A stretch of 64,000 nucleotides of DNA from a virus: IMG/VR virus record IMGVR_UViG_3300042397_000787; one strand, 5' to 3'. A model generated the notes under the pieces. That model was not told where the DNA came from. It did no database searches and saw only the letters and a list, made by a program, of their open reading frames with translations. Numbering within the stretch: position 1 is the first letter of the stretch; each line of letters opens with the position of its first letter. This document shows, piece after piece, positions 9,601 through 20,216 of the stretch. A program made the translations under genes and the position numbers.

Positions 9601-12600
9601 AGAAGTGTCTGTCCAGTTATCAACAGGAGGATCGAGGTCTATTTCACCGATATATGTGAACAGAAGTTCACCGGTGCAATTACGGAACTTAGATGCTTGT
9701 AACTGACTCATCATCGTAAATTCGGTATACGGTAGTGTCAGTAGATCGCCTGTTTTTGTAATATTAGACGAGTTTGCAGAATCATACTGTAGGTCCACAT
9801 TTTCCATGAAGAAGAATGGACGCATTTCTTTTGCGTTTGGATCGATAGCAATATGGTATTCATTACTTAGAACATTACCGACATTATGTCCGGTGAATGC
9901 ATCTACAAGAATACCGTTCTTAAAGCGATCTAGGCCGTTGGTATCAGTAATACTCAAATCACTAGCAGATTTTTCTAGTAAATTTAGCGAAGTGTAGTAT
10001 TCCAGTCGATTTAGTCGCTGTTCTAGCTGACCAATATCGCGCATTGTATAACGACGATTATCAATTGCCTTATACTTAATTCCATAATCCGGTCTACCCA
10101 CAGATTTAGCAACGTTGGGTGCCAGAGAAGGATACGGAGGAATGTCTATAACCGCGATAGATAAAGAATTCTCCGGTTCTACTGGTTCAAGTGGACTTAA
10201 AGAAGATACACCATATACAGAGGAAAATACACCCTCGTCGTCCATAACAATTCTATCTTTACGTCCCAGATAATACTCAATGTCTGTAGTAAATTGTTCT
10301 GTCGGGAAAGGTGTTATAATAGCTGCGCCAGTAGGACCACTAGGTGAAGAACCTACTGCAGGATTAACTGTCGCTGAGCCAGGGCTTGTCGTGAATGTAA
10401 TAGTATCATCCCAGCGAGGACGAAAATCTAGTGTGTCGCGAAGATCATATGTGACCCCGGAAGTTGTAGAGGTATAAATTGGAATTTGTTCTGTGCGAAT
10501 TTTGCCCGCTGGTGTAGTTTCGTCATCTACAGGATATGAATCAACGGTGTAGAAGTTGTATACAGTAGATGGAGAACCGCCATGAGTAAAATAGTCAAAC
10601 GTGACAACCAACTTTTTATCTGTTAGCGTAAGACTTGCACCTGGTTTTTTAACAATTCTGGCGTTTGCATAGAAGCCGTCTCGCTGACCATTATCGAAGT
10701 TAAACAATGAAGTTACATCTGTTCCGCTTGCCTGAATATCTGCCGCGGCATCATCGAAATCACCGATCTTGACCGTGCGAAGTTTGTAACCATCAGACGC
10801 GCCTAAATTATATGTACCTGTGGTGTTGCCACTATCTTCGGTATCTAGAACAACTACGGCGCTTTCTTTAAGTTCTTTAGTTACTTTATTTGCGCCAGCA
10901 ACTTGTACCTTACAGTGAACGCGAATGTTTGTGGCCGCGCTGATTGCTCCAGGGAAAGTTATTGTAATCTGTGTTCCAGTATTAGTTACAGTTACACTAG
11001 CAGTAGATTGTAGATTTAATACTGAACCAATTTCATATGCCACACTATTAATAGTGCAAGCGGCCTTGGTAGTAATTAAGATATTATCTAGAATTTCTGT
11101 GTTAGTCAGTGTTCCAACAGTAAACGGAAAACTCTCAGGTGAACTTACCGAGAATGTAATAGTGTTGCTGCCATCAATAGTGTCATCAAATTGTTTGCTA
11201 TAGACAAAACTATTGTCAACAGAAACAGGATTTGTAGTCTTCAATGCTCTAGCAGGAAACTTGAAAAGAAGACTGTTAAATTTGCTTTCGTAAATATAAG
11301 CCTTACTATCGACGAGAACAACATCCGCATGACCATCGGCAGTGGTATCATAGTAAACGCCCTTAACATCTTCAAAGTTAAATGAAGATGTCATTTGAAT
11401 GTCGTAGAGATACATGCGGAATTGCGTATTATATGCGCCAGGTGTACCAGTCTCGTGAACGATGTGGCGAACTCTAGCTGTACCGATTTGCGATCCTGGT
11501 GCCGCCGTGGCAGATTGTGCGCCACCTGTTGGAGAACCAGAAGTACCAATAGCATTTGCGGCAGTGCCGCGAAGAGATACGGTATCACCCGCTGCAATAT
11601 CCCAGTTACCGCAGAAGTTGTCAACTAGAATATAGCTACCAAATGCAGTAGAGATAGGAACTTCATTTACAACCTTTGTTGTATTACCTTTCGGAACAAC
11701 TACATATTCTGTTTGTCTAGTTTCGTATGCATAACCGCGAACATATGCTTTACCTGCTTCGATACCAATTGCTAAAAGTGTCTCGTCACCACCGGCTGCG
11801 GGGGTTGTCGCATTATATGGTATTAGACCACCATTGGTTCCGGTGTCGAGATGTTCCTTGATTAAAATAGGAAACGCTTTTACAGTATAGTTGCCCGATT
11901 CATCGAAAGTGCGTTTTGCAAGATTGCGACCAAGGTCGGCATAAATGCGGTCTTCGCTCATAACATTTTGTAACTGACCAGCAACAACTGTTATATACTC
12001 AGAGAACTCGTCGCCTGGCGTGGCATCAAGCGCATATTTAACCAGAGATGCGGTCGTTACATATCTGTCGGCACCTGGCGCGGCATAGTTGAATGTACCT
12101 TGTGCGGGATCCAAAAGATCGGGGTCAGTTTCATGTGTGACGATACTTTCTACAATCTCAAAACCAATTCTAAAATAGGGGTATGCATTATATTTTAGTA
12201 GTTCGAGAGTAGTTTTAGTAAAAGGAAGAAACTTACCATCTAGAAAAATAATACCATCATCTAGAGTTACAAATGACCCTCTACCATAATAATAGTTGCC
12301 TTCTTCAAAAGTATCATCTACTACAAAAGTATCGGTAACTTGATCGCCAGTTTCAGATTCTATTACGCGAATTGTTTCACCGGGAGAAAAGTGAACTGCG
12401 TCCGTGGATCCATCACCCGTAAGATATCTTAAATAAAGTGTATTAAGATCGGGTGAGTCCTCCTCCGAACCGCCGCTCACATAAATAATTTCTGCTTGTA
12501 TCGAAGATGTTAAGCCAATTACTTTAGCACCTACATAATCCTCAATATCTTGAATCAAAAATCCAGAAGCATCTTCATCTAGAACTTTAATGAAGTCCCG

Positions 12601-12819
12601 TGCGGTGTCTAGTTTGAACTCACACCCGGTAACTACAGACCCATTTTTAAAAACATGGTTGCCGAATTTTCCAACCTGATCCTGAAGAATAGATTGAAGT
12701 TGTGTTAATTCTCTTGCCTGAACAGCATAACCCGGCTTGAACAGAATTCTATTGTAATTGTTTGCAATCGCATCCGCAGCATCATCATAATACGGGGATA
12801 CATTTAAGTCCAAGGCCAT
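6616..12819 (-). CDS. Large virion structural protein, VrlC/DUF4815-like
   Basis: LNVSPYYDD...YNRILFKPGYAVQARELTQLQSILQDQ N-terminus; RRYTMRDIGQLEQRLNRLEYYTSL, DRFKNGILVDAF, DPIAQTF motifs of T4-like cyanophage-type baseplate-associated proteins. Confidence 0.8.
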   Translation of the reverse strand: MALDLNVSPYYDDAADAIANNYNRILFKPGYAVQARELTQLQSILQDQVGKFGNHVFKNGSVVTGCEFKLDTARDFIKVLDEDASGFLIQDIEDYVGAKVIGLTSSIQAEIIYVSGGSEEDSPDLNTLYLRYLTGDGSTDAVHFSPGETIRVIESETGDQVTDTFVVDDTFEEGNYYYGRGSFVTLDDGIIFLDGKFLPFTKTTLELLKYNAYPYFRIGFEIVESIVTHETDPDLLDPAQGTFNYAAPGADRYVTTASLVKYALDATPGDEFSEYITVVAGQLQNVMSEDRIYADLGRNLAKRTFDESGNYTVKAFPILIKEHLDTGTNGGLIPYNATTPAAGGDETLLAIGIEAGKAYVRGYAYETRQTEYVVVPKGNTTKVVNEVPISTAFGSYILVDNFCGNWDIAAGDTVSLRGTAANAIGTSGSPTGGAQSATAAPGSQIGTARVRHIVHETGTPGAYNTQFRMYLYDIQMTSSFNFEDVKGVYYDTTADGHADVVLVDSKAYIYESKFNSLLFKFPARALKTTNPVSVDNSFVYSKQFDDTIDGSNTITFSVSSPESFPFTVGTLTNTEILDNILITTKAACTINSVAYEIGSVLNLQSTASVTVTNTGTQITITFPGAISAATNIRVHCKVQVAGANKVTKELKESAVVVLDTEDSGNTTGTYNLGASDGYKLRTVKIGDFDDAAADIQASGTDVTSLFNFDNGQRDGFYANARIVKKPGASLTLTDKKLVVTFDYFTHGGSPSTVYNFYTVDSYPVDDETTPAGKIRTEQIPIYTSTTSGVTYDLRDTLDFRPRWDDTITFTTSPGSATVNPAVGSSPSGPTGAAIITPFPTEQFTTDIEYYLGRKDRIVMDDEGVFSSVYGVSSLSPLEPVEPENSLSIAVIDIPPYPSLAPNVAKSVGRPDYGIKYKAIDNRRYTMRDIGQLEQRLNRLEYYTSLNLLEKSASDLSITDTNGLDRFKNGILVDAFTGHNVGNVLSNEYHIAIDPNAKEMRPFFFMENVDLQYDSANSSNITKTGDLLTLPYTEFTMMSQLQASKFRNCTGELLFTYIGEIDLDPPVDNWTDTSVLPDISANFDGNYDAWETLADAWGTQWEDWQDTGTGRVTTNTQTAAGNTAIRGDTLFQEDIAIVTTTTEQRQTRQGVQLTVTPETQTQRIGPRVTNTSIIPFMRSIIVTFKATRMKPLTRVYPFFDGATVEAHCRPLSGVVSGATNSVQNTSLATGDYGDPLITNASGECFGQFRIPAGTFRVGEKLFRLTDDSKNRPKFITTAASMTFSANGLSQSVQDTVISTRVANLATSNLSDSRSVSDSNTTTNRLGERAVGVVQTTVVNNTFTTINNTTNVTEVTQVTQNINNTSVTNVTNNVTEVTNVTVTAPDPAPLPPAPPVVQPEPPVVPDLPMFDFDLSMFDFRFGAPDPIAQTFMVSEVPFGCYVTSIDTYFKKKSTTNPITLQLREVVNGYPGDRVIPFGEVTLSPGQVNIDAENGATSTKFTFPSPVFLQNNTEYCFVLLPAGNDPNYEIWVSELGENQLNTTTRISEQPNVGVLFTSANNRTWTAYQAEDIKFSLQRANFAIGTTGTVALNTHDIDYAKFHSFSSSQFSPGDKIHGFSFNIINAGTGYGSALVATVAVSGTAGQFTCGASKLVVGDLVTITGTLGGTATISGYATGTVYKVSAVTGSVGAVTGFTLTTQSGDAIVTTAGTLTGLTYTVTTVVARTLSGGGATTNATVAVTVTGGAVTNVAVTNPGAGYTSNPTLTMTGGSNVNIGVTLNSGFAHTYDTLYNVAKIYVESGNFTVNDRVGNGTSHALIAELEDKVLNALGANLAYMDHTPCQLIFSYSATANTGSETEASTSYENFVPDKTTELTIDAAIRSYSNEQNDLDGDKSFKIQLGMSSQTSTVSPVIDLRKCSMIAIANDVNNDATDEDIGIGEARSKYVSRQVVLDDGQEAEDLRVYLSQYVPNGTDVKVYGRFLHQSDPAPFEEKDWIELTTTPPTVTSSSFIEYTYDIPSTELNGDGVLEYTTDGVTYTGYKTFAVKVVLLSNQTSVVPKCRELRAIALQV

Positions 12820-12833
12820 GTGTAACTTCTCTC

Positions 12834-14393
12834 TTAAAAGTTAATAACTGTTCTAATCTTTTCTACTTGATCTGCTTGTCTATTAATGGGAAGGCGATTT
12901 TCTATATAAAGAATTTCACCTGTAGTATTAATAACATCCGGACTAGTTAGACTATTTATAGTCAATCCAGTAACGCTGGTTCTATTATTTGTCAAAACAG
13001 AATCTACTGTGATAACTGAAATCACGGGAAGAAGATATACTTCATCTGTAGCTTCTTTAATCTGAGCAACAATAAATCTTCCGCCACCGTCTGTCGAAAT
13101 GGAATCATCGTTTGAATAAACGGTGGTATCATCAACTGTAATTACATAACAGGTAGTGCCAGTGTCTGCCATAAAATTAGCCAGTTCATCGTCCAATGGA
13201 TTTTTAACTATACCAAGTTGACGATAATCGTTATTGTAAAAATAATCAGTTGTGTCATTTGTCAAATTGACTGAAAGACAAACTGTTTTGGCATAAAGTT
13301 CTTTAACAGGATTTGCGCCATGTCCATAATATGGGGAAACAGTTGCAGTGGCGGTAGCACCAGAGCCAAAGCCTAGAATATTATTAAATGATATCTCTGC
13401 AAAGGTATATCCTGTACCCGGGTTAGTAACATCAACACGTTCAATTCTACCCAATTCATCTACAAATGCCACTGCTTCCGCGCCAGATCCGTCACCGGAT
13501 ATGGTAACAAGAACGTCTCCTGAAGAATAATTCTGTCCAATTTGCAGTAAATTAATTCTATCTACAGTGCCTGGAACTGCGGCGGCTTCAATACTTTCTT
13601 GAACCAGAGATACTGGAATACTACCTAGAGATACTTCTGCGGTAGCACCAGCACCCGTTTCATTATCTACAATTTCAATATATGCAAATGAATAACCATA
13701 ACCCTGATTGGTGATGGTGATATCTGTAATTTCATCGTCGGTAACTACAGCCACAGCCGTAGCTCCTACCCCGTCACCCTGGATAAGAACTGTTGGCAAA
13801 TCTTCTGAATCGTATCCTGTTCCTCCAGAAGTTACGGTGATATCATCAATTTCACCGTTGATATCGTATAACGGAACACCTACTCCTGCCATCTTACGAA
13901 CTGGAATAAAATCTGGAGTAAGAAACTTCAATTGATCTGATGCTTCGACTCTAAACATGTATTTCCACACATATCCATCTGGAAGTATGAATGCATTGGT
14001 AACATCTGTGCTGTTAGGTTTATTAAAACTGGGCGTGCCACCGTTATTATTTAAACATTTGTATACGCGCATATCATCTGTCAGGACATAGAAGTCCTCG
14101 GTTGACAAATCATCTACATCATCGTAATGATCATAAATGGTACCAGCTACCCAATCGATACGACGAATCATCATAACAGCATCCGAAGCTTGGACACGCT
14201 TAACAAACATCATATTCCTATGTGTTTGGCTATTATAAGACTCGGTATCGAGTGGGGTTTCTGGTGTGCCGACAACTGGCCATTCTGTGGTTTTACCCAC
14301 AAAGAAATAAAAGAAGTCGTTCTCGTTAACTACGTCACGATAGAAACTTCTTGCTAGTTCATTTCTAGCCAATGTTCTTAGCAATAGAGCCAC
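12834..14393 (-). CDS. gp8: Baseplate wedge subunit gp8
   Basis: RIDWVAGTIYDHY, FYVLTDDMRVYKCLNN, DGYVWKYMF, DYRQLGIVKNP, GEILYIENR. GTG start. Confidence 0.85.
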   Translation of the reverse strand: MALLLRTLARNELARSFYRDVVNENDFFYFFVGKTTEWPVVGTPETPLDTESYNSQTHRNMMFVKRVQASDAVMMIRRIDWVAGTIYDHYDDVDDLSTEDFYVLTDDMRVYKCLNNNGGTPSFNKPNSTDVTNAFILPDGYVWKYMFRVEASDQLKFLTPDFIPVRKMAGVGVPLYDINGEIDDITVTSGGTGYDSEDLPTVLIQGDGVGATAVAVVTDDEITDITITNQGYGYSFAYIEIVDNETGAGATAEVSLGSIPVSLVQESIEAAAVPGTVDRINLLQIGQNYSSGDVLVTISGDGSGAEAVAFVDELGRIERVDVTNPGTGYTFAEISFNNILGFGSGATATATVSPYYGHGANPVKELYAKTVCLSVNLTNDTTDYFYNNDYRQLGIVKNPLDDELANFMADTGTTCYVITVDDTTVYSNDDSISTDGGGRFIVAQIKEATDEVYLLPVISVITVDSVLTNNRTSVTGLTINSLTSPDVINTTGEILYIENRLPINRQADQVEKIRTVINF

Positions 14394-14406
14394 AGTTTAT
14401 TACCTA

Positions 14407-14850
14407 TTATTCTACAGTGACCGTCCAAGTGATTGTCATCGAGTCACCTGCAGCCTTGTTGATAACTGCAAACTCGGTACGGCAAAGCATTGTGCCCGCC
14501 GAAGAAGCGTTGAAAATACCTGCTTCTGTAACAGCACCCGTGCCGGTACCAGCTGGGAATGTAGCAACATATTCTACGGAGTTGCTTGTAACTGTTGTAG
14601 AAAATAGCGTGACACGACCCAGTTGTGTTTGTAGGGCTGTATCACCTGCGGCTGGATCGTTTGTACCCGAGCCGATTGCCATGTGAGTCATTGCTGTTTC
14701 AGTGGCGTCCTTCATGCGTGATGCGATGTAGTCTAGGCCCGCGTCAACAACGAGGTTGGTTACATTAAGTTCTTGCTTAAGGTTGCCTGCATTGTCATTG
14801 ACAACGATAGATAGCTTACCTGTAGCTGAAAGGAAATCCTTATTTCTCAT
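14407..14850 (-). CDS. Putative tail/baseplate structural protein
   Basis: NLVVDAG...HMAIGSG...TEAGIFNA...VINK pattern seen in phage tail-collar-like proteins. Confidence 0.55.
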   Translation of the reverse strand: MRNKDFLSATGKLSIVVNDNAGNLKQELNVTNLVVDAGLDYIASRMKDATETAMTHMAIGSGTNDPAAGDTALQTQLGRVTLFSTTVTSNSVEYVATFPAGTGTGAVTEAGIFNASSAGTMLCRTEFAVINKAAGDSMTITWTVTVE

Positions 14851-14873
14851 GAGTATTATACCTTCTTCTTGTG

Positions 14874-17800
14874 TTAAATCGAATTGTTACTTCCAACGTA
14901 ATCGCCTGCTTCATAAGCGCCGGAAGTGTAATCGTATGACCAGTAGTCTTGTGTATTTATATTGCCAATTTCGCTTACTGTGGAAGTTTCTACTAGATTT
15001 TTACTGATACTAGAGTGTGTGTCTTCCATAATATGTAGCGTGGATTGAGCAGCCTTACCCGGCTCAACGACTTCAATATTTTCATTGACGCCGTTTGGTA
15101 AACCATCGCTAGACGCCTTATTTACCGAAAGCGAATTACTGTCCGAGATAAAAATACCATCGGTTACTGTTTTAGTAAATGAAGTTTCCACAACATCCGT
15201 GATAATAGGATCATCGTCTGGAACTCTAAACACAGGAGTAATTGAGTCAATGGTTTCAGTTACAGTCACCGTCTCATTGATTAACTTGGTGATTACCATA
15301 TATGGTATACTATCACCCGAGGCCACCGTTTCTGTTAGTCCTTTAGCCACTCGAATGGATGCAGTATCAATAGCAGATAGAATAATATCCGCATCTGTGA
15401 TATAATCTTCGGCAAAATAATCGCCAAGAATATATGGTGCGGCGGTGTCAATGGTTTTATCAACATATTTGTAGAAGTGAGATGTAGAACTGTCTGACAT
15501 ACCCATAGTGGATTCACTAACGGTTCTCATGAAGCCGAAATAGATATCTTCCGAGGTAAGTGGAATATCAAGTAGTGTTTTACCGACATCAATAGCATCG
15601 ATACTATCACTTGTTACCGGAACATCAGTTACTCCTTTGCCCACATCGTTGATAACTAGCTCTGTGAACCCATTGCTTATGTCGGATAGAGACTTACCAA
15701 CATGTGATGCATGTTCTTCAGTAGTAAGATATGTATCATTAAGCGTCTTCCTAAAGTCTACTGCAATATCATAACTTACACCAAGAATTTCTACTGCTCG
15801 AACAATTTCAACTGGGAATTCATAGAAGTGAATTGGTTGACGAACAACTTCAAACGAAGCCCCAAGCTCTAGGGTGCTACCTAGTAATAGTTCACTGAAT
15901 ATGGCCATGCCGGCAGGGTGAACTGTGTTTTTCACCATTGTCATCCAGTTAACAGATGGCACCTTTGAGCGAAGAACATACGAATAATTCTGGTAATAGT
16001 AATTGTCTTGGAGTTTATTAACATCCGACAACATACCTTGACGATTCTGGAATCCTTCTTGTATCGAAGTTATTGCTCCTGTGGAGAAGCGAAGGACACA
16101 ATTTGATCCAGATGGCGATGTTATCGTAGCTGTAAATGTCTGTGCTTCAAATCCACTACCACTTGAGAAGATTCTTACCTTTGTAGGTCTTCCTTGAGCA
16201 TTGACGCTATCAATAATAACACTGGCTCTATTATCTACACCGAACTGGACGTAATCACCCGCGAAATAATTTAGAGCCGTATCTGGGAAACTGAATACAT
16301 ATTGCCCAGTTGATCCGCTTTCGGAAATTGAGTATACTTCACCCTGTAAGAAGCCGTAATTTGGGGTGCCAGAAATACTAACAATGTCTACGGTATCTGT
16401 AATGCTACGAGTAAGATAACCATACTTATCTGTTAACTCATCAATATAAACAAACGACCTTATGGTATCGGTGCTAAAGGATACGATAGTGGATTCTTCT
16501 GCGTATCCAGTACCTCCGGTTAACATCGAAACATATTCAATACCACCGGTAGCATTTAGATACGCTTGCGCTGTTGCTCCAGTAGCCCCGATGTCGGAAA
16601 TAAATGTGATTGCGGGAATTGCATTATAGCCACTACCGGGTGCATCCATGGCATCGATGAAACGTTGTTCGTCGCCAGTACCTGCAGAGGTAAAATTGAT
16701 AAAGTATTCTTTAGAAAGCACATGAAAATTACCGACACCCACATTGGTAAGATCCAATTCATTATATGAACTAATAGCTACATAATCGCTGGCAAAATAA
16801 GTATCATCTAAACAATATCTTGGATCACTATCGATTAAAGATTCCGCGAGTTTGATTGTATTGTTATTAATTTTAATAACATAATACACACCGGAATCAT
16901 CCAGCCCTCCGATTTCGGTAGAATCTGCCTTATATACAACCAGATCGCCAGTATTATAACCATGTGCCGCTATCGTTATGGTATTAGTAGAAATGTTTAC
17001 ATTGGCACTTTTAAAAAAAGTTCTTGTAGGAACTTGTTGCAACGCAATTTTGTCACGATACAATCGAAAATATCTACTGTCAATTACTTTAACAAAATAT
17101 TGTCTATATGGAATTAATCCGCCAATTGCCGTGCCTTCCATAGGATCATAGATAACACAATCGCCAGTTGTAAACCCATGGTCCGGAATTAAAAATCTGG
17201 CATATATGTCAAAGTTTTCAGCCGGATCGAAGTCTCTAGAAGAAACTGCCGGGTCACCTGTTATTGCCTTGATTTCGCCATCGACAACAAGGGGTCTGGC
17301 ATTTGCGCCTGCACCCGGGAGAATGATAACATCATTTTCTTGTTGCTTAACATAAAGTTCATATGTTGGAACAGTAGAGTATGCTAGTCTCGTTACTTCA
17401 TCAACTATAATATTGTATGTCTCAAACGTAGAAACACTACCAATATCAATGTGCGAGTAAATCTTGGCCCTTTTACCCTTTAAATCAAACGGGTCTAATG
17501 AGATAGTATCATCTGTTGTGATACGCATCTTTTCGCGATTTACCCATATACCATCAGATGGCTTTAAAACATAAGTTGATGGATAGATAATATCAACATG
17601 TTCGTTGAAGAAGGTTCTAAAAATGAATAGAATACTTTCTTCTGACCCCTTTGCTTCATAAAACTCTCTAATGAATTTTATAAGGCGACGATCCGTAATA
17701 AGTGAATCTTTAGGAAACATCTGTAGATATTGTTCACGGAACGAAGGAATAAAGGCATCAAGTGTATTATTGATATCCGAAAATGAGCTGGCATTCAATA

Positions 17801-17942
17801 GGACATTATTCACCTCTCCATCCTGATCTAGAAACTCATAGTATTTTTCTAGAAAAAGGACGAATTGTGGGAATTCTGCTTTAATATAATCTGGAACTTG
17901 ATTTGTAATCAAATATGCCAGAGAATTTTTGAAATCCGACAT
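14874..17942 (-). CDS. gp7: Baseplate wedge initiator gp7-like protein
   Basis: QVPDYI..EFPQFVLFLEKYYEFL, FYEAKGSEES, LQDNYYYQNYSYVL, VHPAGMAIF; lies between gp6 and gp8. Confidence 0.75.
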   Translation of the reverse strand: MSDFKNSLAYLITNQVPDYIKAEFPQFVLFLEKYYEFLDQDGEVNNVLLNASSFSDINNTLDAFIPSFREQYLQMFPKDSLITDRRLIKFIREFYEAKGSEESILFIFRTFFNEHVDIIYPSTYVLKPSDGIWVNREKMRITTDDTISLDPFDLKGKRAKIYSHIDIGSVSTFETYNIIVDEVTRLAYSTVPTYELYVKQQENDVIILPGAGANARPLVVDGEIKAITGDPAVSSRDFDPAENFDIYARFLIPDHGFTTGDCVIYDPMEGTAIGGLIPYRQYFVKVIDSRYFRLYRDKIALQQVPTRTFFKSANVNISTNTITIAAHGYNTGDLVVYKADSTEIGGLDDSGVYYVIKINNNTIKLAESLIDSDPRYCLDDTYFASDYVAISSYNELDLTNVGVGNFHVLSKEYFINFTSAGTGDEQRFIDAMDAPGSGYNAIPAITFISDIGATGATAQAYLNATGGIEYVSMLTGGTGYAEESTIVSFSTDTIRSFVYIDELTDKYGYLTRSITDTVDIVSISGTPNYGFLQGEVYSISESGSTGQYVFSFPDTALNYFAGDYVQFGVDNRASVIIDSVNAQGRPTKVRIFSSGSGFEAQTFTATITSPSGSNCVLRFSTGAITSIQEGFQNRQGMLSDVNKLQDNYYYQNYSYVLRSKVPSVNWMTMVKNTVHPAGMAIFSELLLGSTLELGASFEVVRQPIHFYEFPVEIVRAVEILGVSYDIAVDFRKTLNDTYLTTEEHASHVGKSLSDISNGFTELVINDVGKGVTDVPVTSDSIDAIDVGKTLLDIPLTSEDIYFGFMRTVSESTMGMSDSSTSHFYKYVDKTIDTAAPYILGDYFAEDYITDADIILSAIDTASIRVAKGLTETVASGDSIPYMVITKLINETVTVTETIDSITPVFRVPDDDPIITDVVETSFTKTVTDGIFISDSNSLSVNKASSDGLPNGVNENIEVVEPGKAAQSTLHIMEDTHSSISKNLVETSTVSEIGNINTQDYWSYDYTSGAYEAGDYVGSNNSI

Positions 17943-17945
17943 GTA

Positions 17946-19811
17946 TTAAGTTCCGATAATATTAATTGTTGTACCTGAGATATAATTTCCAGCACCAGAA
18001 ATAGTAGAAGTATCTTGTGCTAAAACTAAATTCTTATTTGCATACGGGGTGACCGCATACGTATAGGAAATATCCTCATTTACTGGTGCCATAATGATGT
18101 CCGGTGATGAACCTTGTGGCTTAATATAAATTCTAAGATAAAGATCCGTACCAGAAATAGTATTAATATACAAACTAGGTATCAAGATTTTACCTGTTTG
18201 ATACTCTATTGTTCCTACGGCAGTTGATATCAGGACATTAGTATCATCATACAAATCTAATACACCCGGCAGCGAATCATCTTCGGTATAACTGTCTCGA
18301 AGATAACATGTTACTTGCTTGCCCGATGGTAATATCGTGGTAAAAAGGTTTGATCTTACACTATTGGGCGCGATTGTAGTATTATATGCAAATGAAATTC
18401 TATTATTTTCGCCCGTGAATGGCTGATATGCTCTATGTAGATTCATTTCTATATTGGTGGCATAGATAGAAGTTGAAACAGAATTTAATAATTCTAACAA
18501 TTCTGAATAGTAAAAGTTCTTTTTTACTTTAGAAGTTGTATTTACAAAATAACTCGCCAAGTATTCAGACATAGTATTCTGAATAACAGACGCCGACACG
18601 GATGTATTATTTTTTAAATATCTGGCTGTTATATTAAAACTAACATACAGATATGAGGGGTCCACAAATACTGGCTGAATTCCAACGACACCTCTAGGCT
18701 TTAGAATGTCCCGTGCAATAGATGTCTTATCGGATTCCGTGATAACACTATTTGGCAGAGGCTCAATTGAAACGAAAACTTTACCGTAAATAGGAGGGTC
18801 ATTATCTTCTCCTCCCCAAACAGTTATCGAATTGATGTTGGCGTATTGACTCTCGATCAGTGCTGTATAGTCCTCAGCGGTTACGGCTCTATTCTTTGTA
18901 GCATTGAATTTAGGTGCAATGAAGCGAATTGAATCAGTTGATTGGGCTTCTGCACCGCCAAATGCAGCGGCGGCCGAAACAGAAATTATTTCTCCTGTTC
19001 CAAGAATTACAGATTTTGCGGATAATCCTGTGACAGAGTTTGCGCCTATCCCACCACTTACAATATAGTCTATAGTAACAATATTACCGACTGTTAATTT
19101 TTTACCCAAAACGTTATCACCAAAACGAACTTCAATTAATCCATTTGCATTTTCTTCCACAAAGAATGCTCTTGAAGTTTCCGTGAGTGAAACGATGTTC
19201 TGATTTTGAACGAATGTTTGAAGGTCTAATTCAGATGAAGATGTTTGGACTCTACATACTATTGTAGAAGTGTCCACATTTCTATTTAAAAGTTCGAACG
19301 GACCAGACACAGTATCTGCCGTAACGGTAAAGAAGTTATTGGTTCTTACACCTTCGATTAGAGTTACAACGAAAGTAAAAGTTCCGTCTGCTTTTGTTGC
19401 AGTAATATCGTCTTCAGGATAAAATGTATACGTAACACCATCTGAACCAACTCCCTTAAACCCTAGGTTTTTACTTAGAGTTGCCGTGCTGGATGTATAC
19501 GATGTCGGAGGAGTTATTTCAATTGTGGCCTCAACTCTAGCGGAACGAATTGAGCGAGGATTATATCCAAGAGACTTAGAAATCGAAACGACAGACGATC
19601 TTTTTACCGCACTGTCTATGAACATTTCATTTGCGAGAAGGTGGGCAAGCGTTGCGTTATAGTGAGTATTATACGCAAGTAGGTCAATTAAAACCGATAG
19701 ACCAGATCCATCAAAGTTGTAGTCCGCAAACTCAGTTTGACTTTGTAGATATGTCTTTAGATTTTCTCTAATGCCAAAGAAATCTAGTTCGGTAACATTT
19801 AATTGAGCCAT
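17946..19811 (-). CDS. gp6: Baseplate wedge subunit gp6
   Basis: LDFFGIRENLKTYL...DYNFDGSGLSVLIDLLAYNTHY, RFGDNVLGK, RAVTAEDY, WGGEDNDPPIYGKVF. Confidence 0.92.
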   Translation of the reverse strand: MAQLNVTELDFFGIRENLKTYLQSQTEFADYNFDGSGLSVLIDLLAYNTHYNATLAHLLANEMFIDSAVKRSSVVSISKSLGYNPRSIRSARVEATIEITPPTSYTSSTATLSKNLGFKGVGSDGVTYTFYPEDDITATKADGTFTFVVTLIEGVRTNNFFTVTADTVSGPFELLNRNVDTSTIVCRVQTSSSELDLQTFVQNQNIVSLTETSRAFFVEENANGLIEVRFGDNVLGKKLTVGNIVTIDYIVSGGIGANSVTGLSAKSVILGTGEIISVSAAAAFGGAEAQSTDSIRFIAPKFNATKNRAVTAEDYTALIESQYANINSITVWGGEDNDPPIYGKVFVSIEPLPNSVITESDKTSIARDILKPRGVVGIQPVFVDPSYLYVSFNITARYLKNNTSVSASVIQNTMSEYLASYFVNTTSKVKKNFYYSELLELLNSVSTSIYATNIEMNLHRAYQPFTGENNRISFAYNTTIAPNSVRSNLFTTILPSGKQVTCYLRDSYTEDDSLPGVLDLYDDTNVLISTAVGTIEYQTGKILIPSLYINTISGTDLYLRIYIKPQGSSPDIIMAPVNEDISYTYAVTPYANKNLVLAQDTSTISGAGNYISGTTINIIGT

Positions 19812-19812
19812 A

Positions 19813-20211
19813 TTATCTGCTTCTTCTTAGAATAGTTGAAAAGTTAAAAGGACCTTCGATACCAAAGACATAAAAAGTAATGTTTACCGTAAAAGCATTT
19901 GCATCATATTCAGGAATAACCTCTATGTCTTGCGCTCTAACTCTTGGCTCATATTTGTTAATCAATATTTCAAGTTCTAGTTGTAATCTATTGGCCGTAA
20001 TAACATCGATATTTTCAAACAATAATGCATATATGGGAGACCCTAATTTAGGTTGAAAAGGTCGCTCATAAAATCTAGTAAGCACTAGAGTTTTAAGAGA
20101 TTGTTTAACTGCATTGACATCATATTTCTTCGCAACATCACCCGTTACAGGATTAGCTGCAAACGAAAGATCGAAGTCCGAGTATATTCTGTTTACTTGT
20201 TTAATAGCCAT
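19813..20211 (-). CDS. gp25: Baseplate wedge subunit gp25
   Basis: YSDFDLSF..NPVTGDV, AVKQSLKTLVLT..YERPFQP.LGS, YEPRV. Confidence 0.92.
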   Translation of the reverse strand: MAIKQVNRIYSDFDLSFAANPVTGDVAKKYDVNAVKQSLKTLVLTRFYERPFQPKLGSPIYALLFENIDVITANRLQLELEILINKYEPRVRAQDIEVIPEYDANAFTVNITFYVFGIEGPFNFSTILRRSR

Positions 20212-20216
20212 AAGTA

